64,000 nt of DNA, from contig JAHDYR010000025.1 of NCBI GenBank assembly GCA_019828565.1, forward strand, positions 496,001 to 560,000, written 5' to 3'. Positions 50,516-61,683 of the stretch are shown here, piece by piece. Below the pieces are notes generated by a model, which had not been told where the DNA came from, ran no database searches, and was given only the letters and a program-made list of their open reading frames with translations. The DNA is from Carpediemonas membranifera BICM. Its lineage: Eukaryota; Protista; Fornicata. The position numbers and the translations under genes are program-made. The number at the start of each line of letters is the position of its first letter. The stretch's first letter is position 1.

Positions 50516-50830
50516 AACGAGGCTGCTATTGAAGGATCAAACAATGTGTTTATACTGCGCAACACTGCCCTGTCTCCCTCCTACTCACGTCTTAAGTCGG
50601 TAGGGAGATCGTCTTCTCCAGGGCTTCCACAAAGCGTCTTCTTCGTGGACGTCAGCACAGCAAACATCACAATCGCTCACACGTCGTCTCATTGTCTTCT
50701 ATTCCACATTAAATTCACGTCTACACTTGTATATGCTGGTAATGGTCTTTATGAACATTTACGAATTTACCGTGTTACATTACATTTATCGTCGGCTCTT
50801 ATATGTCATGTCGGAGTGGAGTCGTCCAAC

Positions 50831-51307
50831 TCAGACATCAAGAGGTGTAGGCGCATTCTGGACGAAGTGGCCGTTTGCCTCGAGGGTAGCGAGCATCGTC
50901 TTGATGAGCTTGAGCCTGTCCTGCCTCTGGATCATGGCCAGATTGATCAGACGGAGGATGGACTTGTGGATCTCAGCGATAAGCACCTTGTGCCGGCCAA
51001 GGGCGGTCTCGGGAAGGAACTCGGGGATGTCGGGGATGGCTTTCTCAATGTTGGCAATGTAGTCTTCCTCAGAAGTTATCTCGATAGGAATGGCCGTCTG
51101 GATCTCAGGATCAACCTTACGGATGTAATCATCGAGGAAAAGAAGGTGCTCGAAGTCGCTCTTGGAATCTGCAGCAATAGACGAGACTACCTTCTGGAGA
51201 ATGTAGCGGAGATCCTCTAGAGAGTATAGGTTGTTTGTCTCAAGTCTGTGGCGAAGATCCTGTGCTGTAGAGCGCTTCTTCTGTCCTTCCTTCTTCGGAG
51301 AGTCCAT
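50831..51307 (-). CDS. Hypothetical helical protein
   Basis: 158-aa ORF with host codon bias. Confidence 0.65.
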   Translation of the reverse strand: MDSPKKEGQKKRSTAQDLRHRLETNNLYSLEDLRYILQKVVSSIAADSKSDFEHLLFLDDYIRKVDPEIQTAIPIEITSEEDYIANIEKAIPDIPEFLPETALGRHKVLIAEIHKSILRLINLAMIQRQDRLKLIKTMLATLEANGHFVQNAPTPLDV

Positions 51308-51652
51308 CACCCGGTTTTTGGTACTATCCTGCGCGATGAATTCCCGGTCTCCGACGGGCCTGCAGACGCACCTGGAACACGATATAGTTCAAGACTCCTC
51401 TACTATACCAATTCTAGTCCAGTGAAATTTTGACTTGAAGGGAAGGGGGGATTTTTTCCAGGACACTATCGCGAGCTCCGCTCCCGCCATGCAGTATGCC
51501 TTTCGCAGGGAGTCCACCCAGTCAGTGTTCGACACAGCCACTCAGCCCCTCTCTGGTTGTACCCTTCGCACGCTCATTCTTCAAGTGACATTCATGTCGA
51601 CCCGGGAAGCTGTGTCTCACCGCACCGCGCATCTTTACAGACCCCGCCATGT

Positions 51653-52696
51653 TCATGGGATGGCAGTGACGCTGAGCACCCGCCCCCCGGGCAGCACCGT
51701 CACTGACACCCTCTCCCACCCAGTCACAGCGAGGGTCACGGCACCGGTCGGGACGACGACAGTGGAGGACGGTGGGCCCAGTAGCTCCTCTAGGGCGGAC
51801 TTGGTCTCGGTCCAGGACTGGGAGAGCTTTAGCTGATGACCGTCAATGCCGAGAGTCGCATCTGTGGCCTCGTATTGCCCAAGCGACGGAGATCTGACGT
51901 CATTGCGGTGCAGGGCGAACTCCGTGACAGTCTGCCCGTCAGTCACCACATCCAGGCCAAGGGCATAGAAGTGGAGCAGCACGTCGCTGACCCTGCCCTC
52001 GCCACGCCCGCCCGCCAGCCGCAGGGGCTTCTCCAGGCGCCTGCTGTAACCAGGCGGCCCTAGAGTTTCAACTACCGACTGCACCGAGTCGCCTGTCTTG
52101 ACTGTATTGTTCTCCACGGCGACAGTGACGCTGTCGTGGCCAAGGGAGAGCTCCACCACCGGTAGAGAGGGCGGTGGCGCCGTCGCAGACGCGCTAATCT
52201 GCAGCGAGTGGAGTCTTATCGGCCCTCCATCTGGCAGCGTGAGCGGTAGATGCGTCGAGGGGTCGTCAAACGCGTTGACAGCACTCGTCACGTCAAATTG
52301 GAACACCACGCCCGAGTAGCCATGGTTGTAGAGGCCATCGACGACTGTGCCTGGTGTGGTGGGTCCGAGGCGTCGTATGATGTCGGGGAGGGTCGTCATC
52401 ATCCCGGGTCTGCAAAGAACGATGGTCGGCTTGGGGTAAGCAACGGGCAAACAGACGTCGTAGACGTCGATGAGCGTCAGACGCTGCGTTATGCCGTTAA
52501 ATAGTAGCTTGATTCCTATTTCTGATAGTAAGATGGCTATGTCTGTCTGTACGTCGTCGGAACAGAGAATCTTATACTCGTCCTGCTCCTGGATCATCTT
52601 GAGGGTGTTATTGAGAGACATTCCTATTACAAAACGGCCTAATGACTCACCTGGTCGTAGCAAGTATGGCGTTTCAGTTCTGGGAATCTCTGGCAT
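51653..52696 (-). CDS. UPF0183/PHAF1 (C16orf70)-like protein
   Basis: PGESLGRFVIGMSL, GIKLLFNGITQRLTLIDV, LGPTTPG, YALGLDVV. Confidence 0.75.
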   Translation of the reverse strand: MPEIPRTETPYLLRPGESLGRFVIGMSLNNTLKMIQEQDEYKILCSDDVQTDIAILLSEIGIKLLFNGITQRLTLIDVYDVCLPVAYPKPTIVLCRPGMMTTLPDIIRRLGPTTPGTVVDGLYNHGYSGVVFQFDVTSAVNAFDDPSTHLPLTLPDGGPIRLHSLQISASATAPPPSLPVVELSLGHDSVTVAVENNTVKTGDSVQSVVETLGPPGYSRRLEKPLRLAGGRGEGRVSDVLLHFYALGLDVVTDGQTVTEFALHRNDVRSPSLGQYEATDATLGIDGHQLKLSQSWTETKSALEELLGPPSSTVVVPTGAVTLAVTGWERVSVTVLPGGRVLSVTAIP

Positions 52697-52794
52697 TCGT
52701 CGTGTTGTGGTGCTGACCGAAGCAGAGTTTCACTCAACACAGCCTGCCCTAAGCTATTTACACCATCCCATGTTCTATCCGGCCCCCAGACGAC

Positions 52795-53380
52795 CTATTC
52801 CTGCACGACGGCGTCAAGCTGCGTCTTCACTCGCTGCATCTCCTCTGTTACTGTCTGAAGCACTGTCGCATCCATCTCGAAGGAAATGAAGTTCTCCTTT
52901 CCTGTAGCGTCAGTAGTGGCCAGCTTGGCTTGGACAGTGGGTATTCTGAGCGTGCTCGTGGCGTTGGCGGTCGTCTTGACCTGCACCTCCCAGTCGAGCC
53001 CGGCATACTTCGGGAGGGTTAGTGAGTTCTCGGAAACTGACGCCTTGAAGGCAGCCATGTTATGCCCAACAGCGGCGACGAGAACGTCTCTCAAATCCTG
53101 AGGGAACTCGGGCTTGAAGAATGAGGCGGCCTTCTCGGGTGTAAAATCGAACATAGCAGCCTTCACAAAGACGACAAGAGATTTGAAGAGCTATGTTAGT
53201 ATATTGGAGCGAACAAACGGCGATAGCGCTCTTAGGGTCAAGAGATAACGAGCTGGCGACTGGTTCCAGCTTATCAGTAGGCAACTTCGCTTCATCTCTA
53301 AACCTGAAAGCGTACTGAACTAGCTTGTTAATAAACTTCGGTGGAGCTTCCTGAAGCGGCAGGAGGGCTGAGAAATCCAT
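52795..53380 (-). CDS. COMMD9: COMM domain protein, COMMD9-like; intron 53191-53218
   Basis: TLPKYAGLDWEVQVKT...MQRVKTQLDAV. Confidence 0.8.
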
Positions 53381-53968
53381 AGTCTTGACGAGATGTCTTG
53401 CCAAAATACGCATAGCGATAACAATTGGCTCCGAAGCGTTTTGACGAGCTCACCACAGATGATATCATCTCCGCAGCTGGCACCACTGTTGAATGCAGGC
53501 AGCAGTCTCGACTGGTCGATATGATGGGAAACCTGTCTTGCGAAGAGTAGCTTCGAATCTCGAGAGCAAAAATCACGACACGGTGAGTATGAAGGTCCGG
53601 CATCCATCCATCGACACACCAGTCACCATCCTGTGCTTCTCCCAGGGGGGCAGACTGGCCTCGAGCTCGGCGATCTTGGGGCAGGCGGGGAAGGTGAGGC
53701 GGGTCGACGAACTCATCAAATGATTTGAAATCCAGCTGACCCAGGAGTTATCATTGATATTCTACTCACACACTGACATCAGTGTCTCAATACATCACGG
53801 ACATCTCAATCTCATTGTAGGTTGACCCTTTGGTCTTCTTTCTCATCTTGGTGAAGTCAATCACCCACCGTGTGGACAAACCAGAGATCCAATCGAGCGG
53901 GCCTGGCGAGCAACCCATACCTGTACCCGCCAAACCACTCGGCCGAGACATCATTTACCAGTACACAT

Positions 53969-55480
53969 TCAGCTCTGCCGCGCCTCGGACCAGATGACCA
54001 GGCGGTCCAGTGCTGACTCGGGCGCAGGTCTGGGCGCCCGCCCTTCCTCCGCCCCCACGGCGGATCGGATGATCTTAGTGCTCTCCCGCCGCACCCCAGC
54101 CATGTAGTCCGCCCCCCCGACGAGCAGCACCGCGGGGAACGGGGATGCCTTCCGCCACAGCGCGTGGAGCTTGATGAGCTCTCGTGTGTGTGCGTTGAAC
54201 GCCTCTTGGTCCGTCCCTCGTGTGGCTTCACGCTGCTGGATCAGGTTGCGGACGGACTCCAGGGCCACGGTGGCGCGGGTGAGGCGCTCGATCTCACCAT
54301 GCAGGATCGCGAACACTTCATCCGGCGTGGCGGCCTTGAGCTTCTTCTCGAAGGCGTCGGCGTAGGACTGGGGTGCTCCTGCCCGCCCCCAAAGCTCCGT
54401 CACTGCCTCCCACGCCGCCGCAACGGCGTCTGGCGCGGTTGTCTCGATGCTGAGTGTCCGTTGCCGCGTCCTGGCTGGTGGTACACTGACTTCCGACTCG
54501 ATGACCTGCTTCTTGACATAGCGGGCCACCTCGTCTCTACCCCTGAGCCGACCCGGGCCCCTGACCGCGTCCACCTTCTGGGGAGGGTATGTGGTCTGCA
54601 CTACGGTGTTGACGTAGGTCTGCGGGGCGAAATCAAAGACCGACTCTTGCTGCTTGACCCGCCGCTTGGGGCTACTGATGTTGTGTCTGAATCGAGAGCT
54701 GGGGAGGGTCTGTGCCAGGTCGCCCGTCATGGTGTCTGCCGACCGCGGGTTATATCTATGCTTATGGTCTGACACACCGCCCGAAAGGCGGCCCAGATGC
54801 CGACACGCGCCAGGCTCACTGAGCCGCATGCTGTATGCGACGCTCTGGGCAGGGTTAAGGTACATATTGCGTTCAATGGTTGTGCGGAAGGGCTTTGAGG
54901 TGACAACCTTGCAATGGGGGTCTGTGATCGCGTCGTACTGCGGGATCTTCTGCTGCCAGATGGGGCCAGCGTCCGTCGTGAAGCCACGCTCCATCTCACG
55001 CATGGAAGTCGTGGCCATGGTCTGCGGTCTTGCCTTGCACTGCTTAGTAGGCTTCTTGCCGTGGGTCTCGCGACGCTTGGGGGCGACAGTGACCTTGTTC
55101 GGGCCAGTCCGGGGCCGGGAGGTCATCGGGGATAAGAAATGAGGGAGGTTGAGTGTCTGCGTGCCTGACCCGTTGGCTGCCGGGCCTCTGGGCGGCGTCT
55201 GGGGCCTCAACGAGCTGGATGGGCGTGGAGATGGTGATGAAGAGGCAGAGGATGAGCCCCCAAAGTCATCAGAGTAGGCCTCTGATAGCGGGCTTTTCAA
55301 TCTCTGGCGGGAATCGGCCCTGGAGTTGCCTCTGGAGGATGATCTTGACGTTGCGCGTGATGAAGCCATTACAACCTGGTTATCGTTCGTTGTTATAGTT
55401 GATGCATTGGTTTGTGACATAGACTCGCTAAAATCATCATCGAAACCGTCGCTATCGCTGTTAATCGAGCTCAGAGACAT
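53969..55480 (-). CDS. Hypothetical protein with Ser-rich N-terminus and helical C-terminus
   Basis: 503-aa ORF from ATG 55480. Confidence 0.7.
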   Translation of the reverse strand: MSLSSINSDSDGFDDDFSESMSQTNASTITTNDNQVVMASSRATSRSSSRGNSRADSRQRLKSPLSEAYSDDFGGSSSASSSPSPRPSSSLRPQTPPRGPAANGSGTQTLNLPHFLSPMTSRPRTGPNKVTVAPKRRETHGKKPTKQCKARPQTMATTSMREMERGFTTDAGPIWQQKIPQYDAITDPHCKVVTSKPFRTTIERNMYLNPAQSVAYSMRLSEPGACRHLGRLSGGVSDHKHRYNPRSADTMTGDLAQTLPSSRFRHNISSPKRRVKQQESVFDFAPQTYVNTVVQTTYPPQKVDAVRGPGRLRGRDEVARYVKKQVIESEVSVPPARTRQRTLSIETTAPDAVAAAWEAVTELWGRAGAPQSYADAFEKKLKAATPDEVFAILHGEIERLTRATVALESVRNLIQQREATRGTDQEAFNAHTRELIKLHALWRKASPFPAVLLVGGADYMAGVRRESTKIIRSAVGAEEGRAPRPAPESALDRLVIWSEARQS

Positions 55481-55630
55481 CTTGCCGTTGAATTTTCGGC
55501 TGCTCAAGTCAGATCGTCAAGTTGAGTGCGAGATGCGAATATCGATGAGGACAGGGTGCCGTGCGTCTACATGTCCTGTGGCTGAGTGTCGCGGCCGAGT
55601 CAAATTGCACTATCCTGCGCAGTATTCATA

Positions 55631-55948
55631 ATGAACGACAATAACGGCAACGGCGAGGTTTTCAGACTTCCCGCAGAGCAATTCCCGCTACTTAACGCCA
55701 TCAAGAACAATGGAGTCAACTGGATTATCGAGCGTCAGACGGAACACTTGAAACGAATGCTCCGCCGTCCCCACGGCGGATCTTTCCCAGCAAACGACAG
55801 CCTACTGACACCAGAGCTTGATAAGGAACGCCAAAGAATATCTGCCCTCATTCAGGAGCTCCATGCGGGCCAGGACGCATTTGAACGAACTCTCGAGGAC
55901 CCCATCCGTGAGTATATGGCCGCCGTGGCCGGTGACCGGGATGCATGA
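55631..55948 (+). CDS. Hypothetical protein
   Basis: 105-aa ATG-initiated ORF. Confidence 0.5.
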   Translation: MNDNNGNGEVFRLPAEQFPLLNAIKNNGVNWIIERQTEHLKRMLRRPHGGSFPANDSLLTPELDKERQRISALIQELHAGQDAFERTLEDPIREYMAAVAGDRDA

Positions 55949-56259
55949 GTATCTAGGAGTGTAGTTATTACACCCCTCTTGCTGGAGCGGACTGTTGCAG
56001 ACACGTGTCGCTCCAGGCTAGGGCCCCGAGGAGACAGTCTACGGCGAACCCGCCAAAGTTTAGGGTGATAGGATGAAGTACAAGGTGGTACTGTCTCTGT
56101 CGCAGCACACGTAAAGTTCGTAAAGTGAAGGTCATCGTAAAGAACCTGGCCTCCGTACGGTAGAAAATCCCTCAACTCAAGGTCGCCGGTCTTGTATACA
56201 TCCACTGGCACCCCCCTCCACGTTCTCTCGCGTCAGAGCAACATCCGACTCCGACTCAG

Positions 56260-56910
56260 ATGAAGTCTGCTGGCAAAAATCGCCAAAATTCTCAAAGCCG
56301 CAAGCCAATGTCCGGCGATCCGTACACTGTTGCACATAGAATAGATCCATCCAAGTTTTCCAGTGATATTTCGCTCAGGAATCATCCGAAACCTTCACTC
56401 CAGGCGATCAAAGACTGCTGCATTCATTATGAAAGCAAAGCAGCTGGCAATGTTTCCACTACGAGCCCGCTAGCCCGCCACCTGTTTAACATGTCCAGGG
56501 AGGTCCAGAGCATGGTGGATGAGCTCATTCAGCGTGAACAGAGGATGAGGATCCGTCTTCAAACGCTCCAGTCCGTCTCCGAGGAGTGGACAGCCGTCTT
56601 CGGAGACTACCATGTGCCAGACACCGGTGAGCCCGCCACGCCCTCGGGTCTCCTCAAATACCTCAACCGGCTTGAGCTCGCAAATTCCGAGAATGTCCGC
56701 CACGTCCGGCACTGCGACAACCAAATCGCCAACATGAAGGTCGACCATGAGCGCCAGATGGAGTTTGCTGGACGCCAGCACAGGGAACGGGAGGAGGCGA
56801 ATCTCGAGATGATGCAGGCCGAGCACCAGCGGCTGCTCAACGAGCTTTCGTACGAGTTCAGACTGGCACAAGATATGCAGAGTCTGGCGTCACGGCCACA
56901 GTGTGTATGA
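56260..56910 (+). CDS. Hypothetical coiled-coil protein
   Basis: 216-aa ORF; start 56260 or 56308. Confidence 0.6.
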   Translation: MKSAGKNRQNSQSRKPMSGDPYTVAHRIDPSKFSSDISLRNHPKPSLQAIKDCCIHYESKAAGNVSTTSPLARHLFNMSREVQSMVDELIQREQRMRIRLQTLQSVSEEWTAVFGDYHVPDTGEPATPSGLLKYLNRLELANSENVRHVRHCDNQIANMKVDHERQMEFAGRQHREREEANLEMMQAEHQRLLNELSYEFRLAQDMQSLASRPQCV

Positions 56911-57127
56911 TGGAAAGTGGCCAAGTCTTGTTATCGCGATAAATTCATGTTACCTCGGTTTTTACGGTGATCCGATGCTTTCTCAGGGTTAAGTTAGACA
57001 TTGATGTCTCTCACACAGTCAGCCACGGTGGCTATTTCGTTTCAGACGGCCCGATCGGCTCGAGACACGACGACGCAGTTTACGGTGCGTGAAAAAAAGC
57101 TGAGCACGGTTTGCCCTGAATAACGAC

Positions 57128-58999
57128 ATGAGCGACAAGTTAACGCGTATTGCTATTGTTTCAGATGCCTGCAAGCCAAAGAAGTGCGGCTTGGAGTGCA
57201 AGAAGTCCTGCCCTGTCGTTCGTACGGGCAAGGAGTGCATTGTCGTTGATCACAAGGTCAAGCTGGCTTATATCTCCGAGTCTCTTTGCGTTGGTTGCGG
57301 TATCTGTGTGAAGAAGTGCCCCTACGAGGCCATCAAGATCATCAACCTGCCCAAGAACCTCGAGAAGGATACTTCTCACCGTTATGGTGCCAACGCCTTC
57401 AAGCTCCACAGACTGCCCACCCCCCGCCGCGGGCAGGTCCTCGGTCTCGTCGGCACCAACGGTATCGGCAAGTCTACCGCCCTGAGCATCCTCGGCGGCC
57501 GCCTCAAGCCCAACCTTGGTCGCTACAACGACGAGCCTTCTTGGGATGACATCCTCAAGCGCTACCGCGGCTCTGAGCTCCAGAACTTCCTTAAGGCCGT
57601 TGTCGAGGAAGACCTGAAGACAGCCAGCAAGCCTCAGTACGTCGACAAGATCGCCAAGCAGATGCCCCGCCACCCGGTGGGCGAGACCCTCAAGCGCGCC
57701 TCCACGAGCAACGAGCACTTCACTACGCTCACGGAGACCCTCGAGCTGACCCACCTGCTCGACCGCACCGTCGGCCAGCTCTCTGGCGGTGAGCTGCAGC
57801 GGTTTGCCATCTGCCTCATCTCCCTTCGCGACGTGCAGGTCTACATGTACGACGAGCCTTCCTCATACCTCGATATCAAGCAGCGGCTCACCGCTGCTGA
57901 GGTCATCCGCGACCGTCTGTCGTCCGGCAGTGAATCTGGCGCGGACAAGTACATCATCGTCGTCGAACACGATCTGTCCGTCCTCGACTACCTCTCCGAC
58001 TTCGTGTGCGTGCTCTACGGCACCCCTGGCGCGTACGGTGTCATCACGCTGCCCTATTCCGTCCGCGAGGGCATCAACGTCTTCCTCGCCGGCCATATCC
58101 CCACCGAGAACCTGAGGTTCCGCGAAGAGTCGCTCACGTTCAAGATCGCTGAGGTCGAGGATAACGCTGACCTCCTGGACGCCAAGGACCGCGACGGCAT
58201 CTACCCGATGCTGAAGAAGACCCTGGGCCAATTCTCCCTCACTGTCGAGGAGGGCTCCTTCTCGCCTTCTGAGATCACAATCCTACTCGGCGAGAACGGG
58301 ACAGGCAAGACCACGTTCATCAAGCTCCTCGCAGGCATCCTCAAGCCCGACTTTGTCGATGGCGTCTCCGTTGCCGAGCTCGACGAGGACCAGAACAGCG
58401 GCATGCCCCGCCTCGCCGTGTCATTCAAGCCCCAGGCGATCACCCCCAACTTCCCCGGCACCGTCCAGGAGCTGCTGTCGACCAAGATCCCCTCATCGTT
58501 CGGCGACACATTCTTCCACGAGCAGGTGATCAAGCCCATGACGATCGAGCACCTGTTCGACCACAAGGTCAAGACCCTCTCTGGCGGCGAGCTCCAGCGC
58601 GTGGCTATCGTCCTCGCCCTCGGCAAGCCTGCGAACGTGTACCTTCTCGATGAGCCATCAGCGTACCTCGACTCGGAGCAGCGTATCATTGCCTCCAAGG
58701 TCATCAAGCGCTTTGTCATGCACAACAGAAAGACCGCGTTCATCGTGGAACACGATTTCATCATGGCCTGCTACCTCGCCGACCGAGTCGTTGTTTACGA
58801 CGGCCAGCCCGGTGTAGACTGCACTGCCCACACGCCCCAGACGCTGCTCACGGGCATGAACCAATTCCTGAAGCAGATCGACGTCTCCTTCCGTAGAGAC
58901 CCGACCAACTTCAGGCCGCGTGTCAACAAGAAGGGCAGCCAGAAGGATGAGGAGCAGAAGAAGGCGAACCAGTTCTTCTACATCGATAACACTGATTAA
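57128..58999 (+). CDS. ABCE1: ABCE1/Rli1 ribosome recycling ATPase
   Basis: N-terminal Fe-S cysteines, two ABC domains ([26 protein letters not shown]). Confidence 0.98.
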   Translation: MSDKLTRIAIVSDACKPKKCGLECKKSCPVVRTGKECIVVDHKVKLAYISESLCVGCGICVKKCPYEAIKIINLPKNLEKDTSHRYGANAFKLHRLPTPRRGQVLGLVGTNGIGKSTALSILGGRLKPNLGRYNDEPSWDDILKRYRGSELQNFLKAVVEEDLKTASKPQYVDKIAKQMPRHPVGETLKRASTSNEHFTTLTETLELTHLLDRTVGQLSGGELQRFAICLISLRDVQVYMYDEPSSYLDIKQRLTAAEVIRDRLSSGSESGADKYIIVVEHDLSVLDYLSDFVCVLYGTPGAYGVITLPYSVREGINVFLAGHIPTENLRFREESLTFKIAEVEDNADLLDAKDRDGIYPMLKKTLGQFSLTVEEGSFSPSEITILLGENGTGKTTFIKLLAGILKPDFVDGVSVAELDEDQNSGMPRLAVSFKPQAITPNFPGTVQELLSTKIPSSFGDTFFHEQVIKPMTIEHLFDHKVKTLSGGELQRVAIVLALGKPANVYLLDEPSAYLDSEQRIIASKVIKRFVMHNRKTAFIVEHDFIMACYLADRVVVYDGQPGVDCTAHTPQTLLTGMNQFLKQIDVSFRRDPTNFRPRVNKKGSQKDEEQKKANQFFYIDNTD

Positions 59000-59114
59000 G
59001 CGCACGGATAAAGTATGAGTTGATTTTTTACTGTTCGACGGCGGGCTCTCGACGTCGGGCGGTCTAGTTGCCCAACACAGCACCATAAAATACAATCCCA
59101 CAGCCTACCCAGCC

Positions 59115-59753
59115 TCACACACACGGTGTGACGTCCCAGGGTGGCCGTGGGCCGACCTTCATCACCATACGGCCGGCCCGGACCTCCATCGTGTTCTCCC
59201 GCAGCAACGGGACGATGTCAAGAGCATCCCTGTCCACCTCCTGGTGTACAAAGGGGTCTAGCGTCGTTCCAGGGCATGGTGTGTGGTCTGTTGTCGGCTT
59301 AAGCGGCGTTGGCGTCGTTTGAAGGGGGATTGTGCCGGTTACCGACGCCGGGATAGTGGAAGTCAGCACCGAGGAGCGGAAGGACGCATCTTTTGTCGTA
59401 TTCTGGTGTTCATTTGACGGTTTTTCACTAATGGGCTGTGTTTGCTCGAGAGAAATCGTAGGCGTGTCGCATTGACGAAGAGCTGAGCGGGTATGGAGCA
59501 TATCTACAGTGGTTTCTGGGTTCTTTGTTCTACTAGTTATTGAAAAGTACTCATCTGCTTTCCAAGATGGCTTTGGAAGCGAGATCATGCTTGTGGAATT
59601 CTGGAGTGACCCGCCTGGAGTCGAGCGGTCATCAGCAGGACAAGCCCCCAGACGCATCGAGCCCTGGTACATGTCGACTGACCCGTCGTTGTTGAAGACG
59701 AGAAGAGAATGTTGAAGACAAACTACTGTCACTCCGAGCACTTTTACCGCCAA
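59115..59753 (-). other. Open frame without an ATG at its 5' end; possible gene fragment
   Basis: 212-codon frame directly downstream of CTU1, Thr/Pro-rich. Confidence 0.3.
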
Positions 59754-59772
59754 ACGATCCTTGATCGCCCAA

Positions 59773-60711
59773 TCATCCCTCCCTCGCCCGCTTGCCCTCT
59801 GCCTCGACTACCAGACACGCCTGGCATACCCTGCCCGACGCCATGCCACCGCACCGTTCGCACAGCCCCGGCCTGGTCCCCGTGTCGAGTCTGCGGCTGA
59901 GTACCTCCCCGACCTGCATGACTTTGAGCGGTACGCCCTGAATCACACCACCAGCAGCCCCTAGTATGGCTCTCGGCACGTTCCTGAGTGCCCTTGGCGC
60001 GTACGTGCACTCAGTGGCGAAGTAGTCCAGCCTCTGAAGATGGGCGTACATAACGATGTCCCGCTGGGTGCAGCGGTGCATGGGCTTGGCCCGGGGGATG
60101 TCTGCGCCGCCGGTAAGAGCCTTAGTGCCCCGCCCGAGACGGGCTGTGTCAGCGCGCATGAGGTTGAGGATGACGGCCTCGGCAGCGTCGTCCGCGTTGT
60201 GACCTAGAGCCATGATGTCAGCCTGTGCCTCTCTTGATCCCACAAGAAGCGCATTCCGCCTGAGAACGCCGCATTCCGAGCACAGCGGGGTCTCCGTGGT
60301 GCGGCGGGCGTCCATGTCGTCGAGGGACGCCCCGAAGAGGCCCTTGAACGACTTCACCACGAGCGGGAGGGAGTAGCGCTCTTGCATGCGGTACACACAT
60401 GCCAGCGAGTCGTCCCTGTATCCCCGTATGCCTTCGTCGATGGCCACCATGTGGAGGTCCAGGCCAAGAGAGTGCCGCTCGTTGAGAACGAACAGCACAT
60501 GTGTTAGGACAGAGGAGTCTTTGCCCCCAGAGACACCGATAGCTACTCTCTGGCCTGGTGTGAACAGGCTATCGGCCTCGATGGTGTGAAGGACGGCATC
60601 CTCGAAGGTCTGAAAGAAGCAAGGCTTACAGAGCAGCCTTCCATCGCTAGCATACTTGATAGCCGCCTTGCCATTGCATATTGCACAGGGCATTCCCCCC
60701 TTTCCTTCCAA
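59773..60711 (-). CDS. CTU1: Cytoplasmic tRNA 2-thiolation protein Ctu1/Ncs6
   Basis: CxxC zinc motifs, SGGKDS, IDEGIRGYRDDSL, GHNADD, ECTYAP; probable ATG at 60693. Confidence 0.93.
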   Translation of the reverse strand: MEGKGGMPCAICNGKAAIKYASDGRLLCKPCFFQTFEDAVLHTIEADSLFTPGQRVAIGVSGGKDSSVLTHVLFVLNERHSLGLDLHMVAIDEGIRGYRDDSLACVYRMQERYSLPLVVKSFKGLFGASLDDMDARRTTETPLCSECGVLRRNALLVGSREAQADIMALGHNADDAAEAVILNLMRADTARLGRGTKALTGGADIPRAKPMHRCTQRDIVMYAHLQRLDYFATECTYAPRALRNVPRAILGAAGGVIQGVPLKVMQVGEVLSRRLDTGTRPGLCERCGGMASGRVCQACLVVEAEGKRAREG

Positions 60712-61003
60712 CAGCGCGACTGGACACAGTCATTGCCTGGCCTCAAGGTTCCCCTCTGCCGCACACGTCTCCATACCACATGGATACACGGCGTGGGGCA
60801 GAGGAAGAGCGTTTGCTCTGCACTTGCCCTTGGATCGACGCTGCTATGATCATCATCGCTGAGCCACCGACTCTATGAAGCAAATACTCACATGGCCAAC
60901 CTGAGACGTACTGGTAGTCAGGTCGACACAAGTGTCATGGGCTTTGTGGTCGCCGAGTCGAGCAGTCAGAATTCCCACGATGCCGAACTGAGCACCAGGA
61001 AGC

Positions 61004-61429
61004 ATGCCGGCCACAGATTCGCTGCCAGAAGATGTAAAAGTAGCGCTGATCAACGCGCACCGTGTTTCGCTTTCCGTCACGGCCTCAATCCCCGGGAACA
61101 TCCCATCGCTGCTCAGACACGCTTACTCCAGGCACTTCAACGAGGTAATGCCCTTGATTCCAGGCAAGAAGCTGGATTTCACACCGCCCACTGATAGGCA
61201 GCTCGAATCCCTCATCGCCATGCTCGCCAACATGCCCCGTCTCGCCGAGAACGCACAGCCCCTCCTCGACCGCGCCCGCACCATCCTCACCAGCGGCCCC
61301 CCGCTGTCCATGAACGTCGAGCTCGCGGATGGCGATGAGCTCCCGGTCGCCCTGCACACGCTCAACCAGGGCGCGTTGTGGCGTTGTTCAGTCGGGACAG
61401 CAACGCGTCATCTTATCCAGGAGATGTGA
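61004..61429 (+). CDS. Hypothetical protein
   Basis: 141-aa ATG-initiated ORF with host codon bias. Confidence 0.5.
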   Translation: MPATDSLPEDVKVALINAHRVSLSVTASIPGNIPSLLRHAYSRHFNEVMPLIPGKKLDFTPPTDRQLESLIAMLANMPRLAENAQPLLDRARTILTSGPPLSMNVELADGDELPVALHTLNQGALWRCSVGTATRHLIQEM

Positions 61430-61683
61430 GCTGGCAAGGATAGAGCGCCAAGTCACAATGTCTGTGTGATAATGATGAGCCTTGCCCATGTCCTGACGTT
61501 GGAAACTACTCTCCTTCGAGTCGGATGGCTCTCCGTTTGAATGAATCAGATCATCTCATGTCATGTTGTGTCAGCTTACGCGAGTTGAATGATTCACGTT
61601 CAAAATTCTGAAGTCAGGAAATCAGTCACGATATATTGTCACGTTCTCATTCGACACCTCACTGTCGAGATTCAAGCCCACAA

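Noticed and set aside
844-60711. Sulfurtransferase, IscA, CTU1 and ABCE1 as a sulfur/Fe-S gene cluster
   Set aside because: Spread over 60 kb among unrelated genes; no evidence of functional clustering
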